A stretch of DNA of 64,000 nt from Auanema rhodensis (taxonomy: Eukaryota; Animalia; Nematoda): NCBI GenBank assembly GCA_964057225.1, contig OZ059896.1, positions 1,240,001-1,304,000 of the forward strand, given 5' to 3'. Both the position numbers and the translations under genes were made by a program. The notes beneath the pieces are model-generated. The model ran no database searches, was not told where the DNA came from, and saw only the letters and a list, made by a program, of their open reading frames with translations. Every line of letters begins with the position of its first letter. The stretch's first letter is position 1. This document shows, one piece after another, positions 53,201-64,000 of this stretch.

Positions 53201-56200
53201 AGTTTCCATGTACACTCAACATTGCTTCCAAAAACATTTTGACAAAAATTTTTTCGAAAAATTTCAAAATAATTTAGCGAAAAGTAGATGTTTTTAGATT
53301 CCTTCTTTCGAGGCAAAAACGATGGACAATGTTATTCAACGAAAAAATTAATTCTTCAGGGTGAAAATCGAGGATATAAGTGTGAACTTATATCAGTTGA
53401 TATCTCGGTGCATTTTTAAGCTAGCGCAAATCTGATAACACAGATCGACGCAGCTTAAAAATCCGCATCGAATGCACTATACTACATTGAGAAACGCTTA
53501 ATACAAAAATTAGTTATGATCGTTTGAAAAATGATGCATTAGTGTATGTTGAGTTTCCATGTACACTCAACATTGCTTCCAAAAACATTTTGACAAAAAT
53601 TTTTTCGAAAAATTTCAAAATAATTTAGCGAAAAGTAGATGTTTTTAGATTCCTTCTTTCGAGGCAAAAACGATGGACAATGTTATTCAACGAAAAAATT
53701 AATTCTTCAGGGTGAAAATCGAGGATATAAGTGTGAACTTATATCAGTTGATATCTCGGTGCATTTTCAAGCTAGCGCAAATCTGATAGTACAGATCGAC
53801 GCAGCTTAAAAATTCGCATCGAATGCACTATACTACATTGAGAAACGCTTAATACAAAAATTAGTTATGATCGTTTGAAAAATGATGCATTAGTGTATGT
53901 TGAGTTTCCATGTACACTCAAAATTGCTTCCAAAAACATTTTGACAAAAATTTTTTCAAAAAATTTCAAAATAATTTAGCGAAAAGTAGATGTTTTTAAA
54001 TTCCTTTTTTCAAGGCAAAAACGATGGACAATGTTATTCAACGAAAAAATTAATTCTTCAGGGTGAAAATCGAGGATATAGGTGTGAACTTATATCAGTT
54101 GATATCTCGGTGCATTTTTAAGCTAGCGCAAATCTGATAGTACAGATCGACGCAGCTTAATAATCCGCATCGAATGCACTATACTACATTGAGAAACGTT
54201 TAATACAAAAATTAGTTATGATCTTTTGAAAAATGATGCATTAGTGTATGTTGAGTTTCCATGTACAGTCAAAATTGCTTCCAAAAACATTTTGACAAAA
54301 ATTTTTTCGAAAAATTTCAAAATAATTTAGCAAAAAGTAGATGTTTTTAGATTCCTTTTTTCGAGGCAAAAACGATGGACAATGTTATTCAACGAAAAAA
54401 TTAATTCTTCAGGGTGAAAATCGAGGATATAAGTGTGAACTTATATCAGTTGATATCTCGGTGCATTTTCGAGCTAGCGTAAATCTGATAGTACAGATCG
54501 ACGCAGCTTAAAAATCCGCATCGAATGCACTATACTACATTGAGAAACGCTTAATACAAAAATTAGTTATGATCGTTTGAAAAATGATGCATTAGTGTAT
54601 GTTGAGTTTCCATGTACACTCCAAATTGCTTCCAAAAACATTTTGACAAAAATTTTTTCGAAAAATTTCAAAATAATTTAGCGAAAAGTAGATGTTTTTA
54701 GATTCCTTTTTTCGAGGCAAAAACGATGGACAATGTTATTCAACGAAAAAATTAATTCTTCAGGGTGAAAACCGAGGATATAAGTGTGAACTTATATCAG
54801 TTGATATCTCGGTGCATTTTTAAGCTAGCGGAAATTTGATAACACAGATCGACGCAGCTTAAAAATCCGCATTGAATGCACTATACTACATTAAGAGAAG
54901 CTTAATACAAAAATTAGTTATGATCGTTTGAAAAATGATGCATTAGTGTATGTTGAGTTTCCATGTACACTCAAAATTGCTTCCAAAAACATTTTGACAA
55001 AAATTTTTTCAAAAAATTTCAAAATAATTTAGCGAAAAGTAGATGTTTTTAGATTCCTTTTTTCAAGGCAAAAACGATGGACAATGTTATTGAACGAAAA
55101 AATTAATTCTTCAGGGTGAAAATCGAGGATATAGGTGTGAACTTATATCAGTTGATATCTCGGTGCATTTTTAAGCTAGCGGAAATTTGATAACACAGAT
55201 CGACGCAGCTTAAAAATCCGCATCGAATGCACTATACTACATTGAGAAACGCTTAATACAAAAATTAGTTATGATCGTTTGAAAAATGATGCATTAGTGT
55301 ATGTTGAGTTTCCATGTACACTCAACATTGCTTCCAAAAACATTTTGACAAAAATTATTTCGAAAAATTTCAAAATAATTTATCGAAAAGTAGATGTTTT
55401 TAGATTCCTTCTTTCGAGGCAAAAACGATGGACAATGTTATTCAACGAAAAAATTAATTCTTCAGGGTGAAAATCGAGGATATAAGTGTGAACTTATATC
55501 AGTTGATATCTCGGTGCATTTTCAAGCTAGCGCAAATCTGATAGTACAGATCGACGCAGCTTAAAAATTCGCATCGAATGCACTATACTACATTGAGAAA
55601 CGCTTAATACAAAAATTAGTTATGATCGTTTGAAAAATGATGCATTAGTGTATGTTGAGTTTCCATGTACACTCAACAATGCTTCCAAAAACATTTTGAC
55701 AAAAATTTTCACGAAAAATTTCAAAATAATTTCACAAAAAGTAGATGTTTTTAGATTCCTTTTTTCAAGACAAAGACGATGGACATTGTTATTCAACAAA
55801 AAAATTAATTCTTCAGGGTGAAAATCGAGGATATAAGTGTGAACTTATATCAGTTGATATCTCGGTGCATTTTTAAGCTAGCGCAAATCTGATAACATAG
55901 ATCGACGCAGCTTAAAAATCCGCATCGAATGCACTATACTACATGGAGAAACGCTCATCACAAAAATTAGTTATGATCGTTTGAAAAATGATGCATTAGT
56001 GTATGTTGAGTTTCCATGTACACTCAACAATGCTTCCAAAAACATTTTGACAAAAATTTTCACGAAAAATTTCAAAATAATTTCACAAAAAGTAGATGTT
56101 TTTAGATTCCTTTTTTCAAGACAAAGACGATGGACATTGTTATTCAACAAAAAAATTAATTCTTCAGGGTGAAAATCGAGGATATAAGTGTGAACTTATA

Positions 56201-59200
56201 TCAGTTGATATCTCGGTGCATTTTTAAGCTAGCGCAAATCTGATAGTACAGATCGACGCAGCTTAATAATCCGCATCGAATGCACTATACTACATTGAGA
56301 AACGCTTAATACAAAAATTAGTTATGATCTTTTGAAAAATGATGCATTAGTGTATGTTGAGTTTCCATGTACAGTCAAAATTGCTTCCAAAAACATTTTG
56401 ACAAAAATTTTTTCGAAAAATTTCAAAATAATTTAGCAAAAAGTAGATGTTTTTAGATTCCTTTTTTCGAGGCAAAAACGATGGACAATGTTATTCAACG
56501 AAAAAATTAATTCTTCAGGGTGAAAATCGAGGATATAAGTGTGAACTTATATCAGTTGATATCTCGGTGCATTTTCGAGCTAGCGTAAATCTGATAGTAC
56601 AGATCGACGCAGCTTAAAAATCCGCATCGAATGCACTATACTACATTGAGAAACGCTTAATACAAAAATAAGTTATGATCGTTTGAAAAATGATGCATTA
56701 GTGTATGTTGAGTTTCCATGTACACTCAAAATTGCTTCCAAAAACATTTTGACAAAAATTTTTTCGAAAAATTTCAAAATAATTTAGCAAAAAGTAGATG
56801 TTTTTAGATTCCATTTTTCAAGGCAAAAACGATGGACAATGTTATTCAACGAAAAAATTAATTCTTCAGGGTGAAAATCGAGGATATAGGTGTGAACTTA
56901 TATCAGTTGATATCTCGGTGCATTTTCAAGCCAGCGCAAATCTGATAGTACAGATCGACGCAGCTTAATAATCCGCATCGAATGCACTATACTACATTGA
57001 GAAACGCTTAATACAAAAATTAGTTATGATCTTTTGAAAAATGATGCATTAGTGTATGTTGAGTTTCCATGTACAGTCAAAATTGCTTCCAAAAACATTT
57101 TGACAAAAATTTTTTCGAAAAATTTCAAAATAATTTAGCAAAAAGTAGATGTTTTTAGATTCCTTTTTTCGAGGCAAAAACGATGGACAATGTTATTCAA
57201 CGAAAAAATTAATTCTTCAGGGTGAAAATCGAGGATATAAGTGTGAACTTATATCAGTTGATATCTCGGTGCATTTTCGAGCTAGCGTAAATCTGATAGT
57301 ACAGATCGACGCAGCTTAAAAATCCGCATCGAATGCACTATACTACATTGAGAAACGCTTATTACAAAAATAAGTTATGATCGTTTGAAAAATGATGCAT
57401 TAGTGTATGTTGAGTTTCCATGTACACTCAAAATTGCTTCCAAAAACATTTTGACAAAAATTTTTTCGAAAAATTTCAAAATAATTTAGCAAAAAGTAGA
57501 TGTTTTTAGATTCCATTTTTCAAGGCAAAAACGATGGACAATGTTATTCAACGAAAAAATTAATTCTTCAGGGTGAAAATCGAGGATATAGGTGTGAACT
57601 TATATCAGTTGATATCTCGGTGCATTTTCAAGCCAGCGCAAATCTGATAGTACAGATCGACGCAGCTTAAAAATCCGCATCGAATGCACTATACTACATT
57701 GAGAAACGCTTAATACAAAAATTAGTTATGATCGTTTGAAAAATGATGCATTAGTGTATGTTGAGTTTCCATGTACACTCCAAATTGCTTCCAAAAACAT
57801 TTTGACAAAAATTTTTTCGAAAAATTTCAAAATAATTTAGCGAAAAGTAGATGTTTTTAGATTCCTTTTTTCGAGGCAAAAACGATGGACAATGTTATTC
57901 AACGAAAAAATTAATTCTTCAGGGTGAAAACCGAGGATATAAGTGTGAACTTATATCAGTTGATATCTCGGTGCATTTTTAAGCTAGCGGAAATTTGATA
58001 ACACAGATCGACGCAGCTTAAAAATCCGCATTGAATGCACTATACTACATTAAGAAAAGCTTAATACAAAAATTAGTTATGATCGTTTGAAAAATGATGC
58101 ATTAGTGTATGTTGAGTTTCCATGTACACTCAACATTGCTTCCAAAAACATTTTGACAAAAATTTTTTCGAAAAATTTCAAAATAATTTAGCGAAAAGTA
58201 GATGTTTTTAGATTCCTTTTTTCGAGGCAAAAACGATGGACAATGTTATTCAACGAAAAAATTAATTCTTCAGGGTGAAAATCGAGGATATAAGTGTGAA
58301 CTTATATCAGTTGATATCTCGGTGCATTTTCAAGCTAGCGCAAATCTGATAGTACAGATCGACGCAGCTTAAAAATTCGCATCGAATGCACTATACTACT
58401 TTGAGAAACGCTTAATACAAAAATTAGTTATGATCGTTTGAAAAATGATGCATTAGTGTATGTTGAGTTTCCATGTACACTCAAAATTGCTTCCAAAAAC
58501 ATTTTGACAAAAATTTTTTCAAAAAATTTCAAAATAATTTAGCGAAAAGTAGATGTTTTTAGATTCCTTTTTTCAAGGCAAAAACGATGGACAATGTTAT
58601 TCAACGAAAAAATTAATTCTTCAGGGTGAAAATCGAGGATATAGGTGTGAACTTATATCAGTTGATATCTCGGTGCATTTTTAAGCTAGCGCAAATCTGA
58701 TAGCACAGATCGACGCAGCTTAATAATCCGCATCGAATGCACTATACTACATTGAGAAACGCTTAATACAAAAATTAGTTATGATCTTTTGAAAAATGAT
58801 GCATCAGTGTATGTTGAGTTTCCATGTACACTCAAAAATGCTTCCAAAAACATTTTGACAAAAATTTTTTCGAAAAATTTCAAAATAATTTAGCAAAAAG
58901 TAGATGTTTTTAGATTTCTTTTTTCGAGGCAAAAACGATGGACAATGTTATTCAACGAAAAAATTAATTCTTCAGGGTGAAAATCGAGGATATAAGTGTG
59001 AACTTATATCAGTTGATATCTCGGTGCATTTTCGAGCTAGCGTAAATCTGATAGTACAGATCGACGCAGCTTAAAAATCCGCATCGAATGCACTATACTA
59101 CATTGAGGAAAGCTTAATACAAAAATTAGTTATGATTGTTTGAAAAATGATGCATTAGTGTATGTTGAGTTTCCATGTACACTCAAAATTGCTTCCAAAA

Positions 59201-62200
59201 ACATTTTGACAAAAATTTTTTCGAAAAATTTCAAAATAATTTAGCAAAAAGTAGATGTTTTTAGATTCCATTTTTCAAGGCAAAAACGATGGACAATGTT
59301 ATTCAACGAAAAAATTAATTCTTCAGGGTGAAAATCGAGGATATAGGTGTGAACTTATATCAGTTGATATCTCGGTGCATTTTCAAGCCAGCGCAAATCT
59401 GATAGTACAGATCGACGCAGCTTAAAAATCCGCATCGAATGCACTATACTACATTAAGAAAAACTTAATACAAAAATTAGTTATGATCGTTTGAAAAATG
59501 ATGCATTAGTGTATGTTGAGTTTCCATGTACACTCAACATTGCTTCCAAAAACATTTTGACAAAAATTTTTTCGAAAAATTTCAAAATAATTTAGCGAAA
59601 AGTAGATGTTTTTAGATTCCTTCTTTCGAGGCAAAAACGATGGACAATGTTATTCAACGAAAAAATTAATTCTTCAGGGTGAAAATCGAGGATATAAGTG
59701 TGAACTTTATATCAGTTGATATCTCGGTGCATTTTCAAGCTAGCGCAAATCTGATAGTACAGATCGACGCAGCTTAAAAATTCGCATCGAATGCACTATA
59801 CTACATTGAGAAACGCTTAATACAAAAATTAGTTATGATCGTTTGAAAAATGATGCATTAGTGTATGTTGAGTTTCCATGTACACTCAAAATTGCTTCCA
59901 AAAACATTTTGACAAAAATTTTTTCAAAAAATTTCAAAATAATTTAGCGAAAAGTAAATGTTTTTAGATTCCTTTTTTCAAGACAAAAACGATGGACAAT
60001 GTTATTCAACGAAAAAATTAATTCTTCAGGGTGAAAATCGAGGATATAAGTGTGAACTTATATCAGTTGATATCTGGGTGCATTTTCAAGCTAGCGCAAA
60101 TCTGATAGTACAGATCGACGCAGCTTAAAAATTCGCATCGAATGCACTATACTACATTGAGAAACGCTTAATACAAAAATTAGTTATGATCGTTTGAAAA
60201 ATGATGCATTAGTGTATGTTGAGTTTCCATGTACACTCAAAATTGCTTCCAAAAACATTTTGACAAAAATTTTTTCAAAAAATTTCAAAATAATTTAGCG
60301 AAAAGTAGATGTTTTTAGATTCCTTTTTTCAAGGCAAAAACGATGGACAATGTTATTCAACGAAAAAATTAATTCTTCAGGGTGAAAATCGAGGATATAG
60401 GTGTGAACTTATATCAGTTGATATCTCGGTGCATTTTTAAGCTAGCGCAAATCTGATAGCACAGATCGACGCAGCTTAATAATCCGCATCGAATGCACTA
60501 TACTACATTGAGAAACGCTTAATACAAAAATTAGTTATGATCTTTTGAAAAATGATGCATCAGTGTATGTTGAGTTTCCATGTACACTCAAAAATGCTTC
60601 CAAAAACATTTTGACAAAAATTTTTTCGAAAAATTTCAAAATAATTTAGCAAAAAGTAGATGTTTTTAGATTCCTTTTTTCGAGGCAAAAACGATGGACA
60701 ATGTTATTCAACGAAAAAATTAATTCTTCAGGGTGAAAATCGAGGATATAAGTGTGAACTTATATCAGTTGATATCTCGGTGCATTTTCGAGCTAGCGTA
60801 AATCTGATAGTACAGATCGACGCAGCTTAAAAATCCGCATCGAATGCACTATACTACATTGAGGAAAGCTTAATACAAAAATTAGTTATGATTGTTTGAA
60901 AAATGATGCATTAGTGTATGTTGAGTTTCCATGTACACTCAAAATTGCTTCCAAAAACATTTTGACAAAAATTTTTTCGAAAAATTTCAAAATAATTTAG
61001 CAAAAAGTAGATGTTTTTAGATTCCATTTTTCAAGGCAAAAACGATGGACAATGTTATTCAACGAAAAAATTAATTCTTCAGGGTGAAAATCGAGGATAT
61101 AGGTGTGAACTTATATCAGTTGATATCTCGGTGCATTTTCAAGCCAGCGCAAATCTGATAGTACAGATCGACGCAGCTTAAAAATCCGCATCGAATGCAC
61201 TATACTACATTAAGAAAAACTTAATACAAAAATTAGTTATGATCGTTTGAAAAATGATGCATTAGTGTATGTTGAGTTTCCATGTACACTCAACATTGCT
61301 TCCAAAAACATTTTGACAAAAATTTTTTCGAAAAATTTCAAAATAATTTAGCGAAAAGTAGATGTTTTTAGATTCCTTCTTTCGAGGCAAAAACGATGGA
61401 CAATGTTATTCAACGAAAAAATTAATTCTTCAGGGTGAAAATCGAGGATATAAGTGTGAACTTATATCAGTTGATATCTCGGTGCATTTTCAAGCTAGCG
61501 CAAATCTGATAGTACAGATCGACGCAGCTTAAAAATTCGCATCGAATGCACTATACTACATTGAGAAACGCTTAATACAAAAATTAGTTATGATCGTTTG
61601 AAAAATGATGCATTAGTGTATGTTGAGTTTCCATGTACACTCAAAATTGCTTCCAAAAACATTTTGACAAAAATTTTTTCAAAAAATTTCAAAATAATTT
61701 AGCGAAAAGTAAATGTTTTTAGATTCCTTTTTTCAAGGCAAAAACGATGGACAATGTTATTCAACGAAAAAATTAATTCTTCAGGGTGAAAATCGAGGAT
61801 ATAAGTGTGAACTTATATCAGTTGATATCTGGGTGCATTTTCAAGCTAACGCAAATCTGATAGTACAGATCGACGCAGCTTAAAAATTCGCATCGAATGC
61901 ACTATACTACATTGAGAAACGCTTAATATAAAAATTAGTTATGATCGTTTGAAAAATGATGCATTAGTGTATGTTGAGTTTCCATGTACACTCAAAATTG
62001 CTTCCAAAAACATTTTGACAAAAATTTTTTCAAAAAATTTCAACATAATTTAGCGAAAAGTAGATGTTTTTAGATTCCTTTTTTCAAGGCAAAAACGATG
62101 GACAATGTTATTCAACGAAAAAATTAATTCTTCAGGGTGAAAATCGAGGATATAGGTGTGAACTTATATCAGTTGATATCTCGGTGCATTTTTAAGCTAG

Positions 62201-64000
62201 CGCAAATCTGATAGTACAGATCGACGCAGCTTAATAATCCGCATCGAATGCACTATACTACATTGAGAAACGCTTAATACAAAAATTAGTTATGATCTTT
62301 TGAAAAATGATGCATTAGTGTATGTTGAGTTTCCATGTACACTCAAAATTGCTTCCAAAAACATTTTGACAAAAATTTTTTCGAAAAATTTCAAAATAAT
62401 TTAGCAAAAAGTAGATGTTTTTAGATTCCTTTTTTTGAGGCAAAAACGATGGACAATGTTATTCAACGAAAAAATTAATTCTTCAGGGTGAAAATCGAGG
62501 ATATAAGTGTGAACTTATATCAGTTGATATCTCGGTGCATTTTCAAGCCAGCGCAAATCTGATAGTACAGATCGACGCAGCTTAAAAATCCGCATCGAAT
62601 GCACTATACTACATTGAAAAACGCTTAATACAAAAATTAGTTATGATCGTTTGAAAAATGATGCATTAGTGTATGTTGAGTTTCCATGTACACTCCAAAT
62701 TGCTTCCAAAAACATTTTGACAAAAATTTTTTCGAAAAATTTCAAAATAATTTAGCGAAAAGTAGATGTTTTTAGATTTCTTTTTTCGAGGCAAAAACGA
62801 TGGACAATGTTATTCAACGAAAAAATTAATTCTTCAGGGTGAAAACCGAGGATATAAGTGTGAACTTATATCAGTTGATATCTCGGTGCATTTTTAAGCT
62901 AGCGGAAATTTGATAACACAGATCGACGCAGCTTAAAAATCCGCATTGAATGCACTATACTACATTAAGAAAAGCTTAATACAAAAATTAGTTATGATCG
63001 TTTGAAAAACGATGCATTAGTGTATGTTGAGTTTCCATGTACACTCAACATTGCTTCCAAAAACATTTTGACAAAAATTTTTTCGAAAAATTTCAAAATA
63101 ATTTAGCGAAAAGTAGATGTTTTTAGATTCCTTTTTTCGAGGCAAAAACGATGGACAATGTTATTCAACGAAAAAATTAATTCTTCAGGGTGAAAATCGA
63201 GGATATAAGTGTGAACTTATATCAGTTGATATCTCGGTGCATTTTCAAGCTAGCGCAAATCTGATAGTACAGATCGACGCAGCTTAAAAATTCGCATCGA
63301 ATGCACTATACTACATTGAGAAACGCTTAATACAAAAATTAGTTATGATCGTTTGAAAAATGATGCATTAGTGTATGTTGAGTTTCCATGTACACTCAAA
63401 ATTGCTTCCAAAAACATTTTGACAAAAATTTTTTCAAAAAATTTCAAAATAATTTAGCGAAAAGTAGATGTTTTTAGATTCCTTTTTTCAAGGCAAAAAC
63501 GATGGACAATGTTATTCAACGAAAAAATTAATTCTTCAGGGTGAAAATCGAGGATATAGGTGTGAACTTATATCAGTTGATATCTCGGTGCATTTTTAAG
63601 CTAGCGCAAATCTGATAGTACAGATCGACGCAGCTTAAAAATTCGCATCGAATGCACTATACTACATTGAGAAACGCTTAATATAAAAATTAGTTATGAT
63701 CGTTTGAAAAATGATGCATTAGTGTATGTTGAGTTTCCATGTACACTCAAAATTGCTTCCAAAAACATTTTGACAAAAATTTTTTCAAAAAATTTCAACA
63801 TAATTTAGCGAAAAGTAGATGTTTTTAGATTCCTTTTTTCAAGGCAAAAACGATGGACAATGTTATTCAACGAAAAAATTAATTCTTCAGGGTGAAAATC
63901 GAGGATATAGGTGTGAACTTATATCAGTTGATATCTCGGTGCATTTTTAAGCTAGCGCAAATCTGATAGTACAGATCGACGCAGCTTAATAATCCGCATC
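53201..64000. repeat. Array sub-domain C, a distinct subfamily of essentially all 351-bp monomers (GATAGTACAG, TTAGCGAAAA, TTTTCAAGC, TATAGGTG, TTAATAATCC, GATCTTTT)
   Basis: Many new co-occurring variants appear abruptly from ~53279, and the 350-bp class is lost after the monomer at 52448. Confidence 0.88.

Larger units (their letters stand above)
1..64000. repeat. Tandem satellite DNA array, 350/351-bp AT-rich monomer, ~182 copies, all in the same orientation; runs off both window ends
   Basis: The motif TTAGTTATGATCGTTTGAAAAATGATGC recurs at 1, 351, 702, 1053, 1404, 1755, 2105 ... 63690 with 350/351-bp spacing. Monomers differ only by scattered substitutions and a 4A/5A indel in GACAAAA(A)TTTTTT. 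No unique sequence is present. Confidence 0.99.

Noticed and set aside
41254-56172. Nine near-identical 63-aa ORFs
   Set aside because: They are open only where the 5A allele coincides with loss of the TAG in TTTAGC. Most monomers have a stop or frameshift there, and the K/F/N/I-rich composition reflects A/T tracts.
1-64000. CRISPR array or repeat-spacer system
   Set aside because: There are no unique spacers, the entire unit is repeated, and no cas genes are present.

Overview
The whole 64-kb window is one uninterrupted, head-to-tail, single-orientation tandem satellite array. It holds about 182 monomers of 350/351 bp (~31% GC by hand count of monomer 1) plus two 108-bp truncated monomers. 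I see no genes, RNA genes, CRISPR array or inserted mobile element, and the listed ORFs are by-products of the repeat. The organisation looks like eukaryotic (peri)centromeric or heterochromatic satellite DNA, but I cannot name the family or species. The interesting structure is internal. (i) The monomer is rich in dyad symmetry: a 67-nt hairpin, a 9-bp stem with a GNRA-type loop, and a ~118-bp symmetric module. (ii) Two linked haplotype classes (350 vs 351 bp) often alternate. (iii) Nested local higher-order repeats (4-, 5-, 6-, 7+, 8-, 12- and 18-mers) can be read from private SNPs. (iv) There is a sharp switch to a different subfamily at ~53.2 kb. All offsets were read by eye and need computational confirmation.
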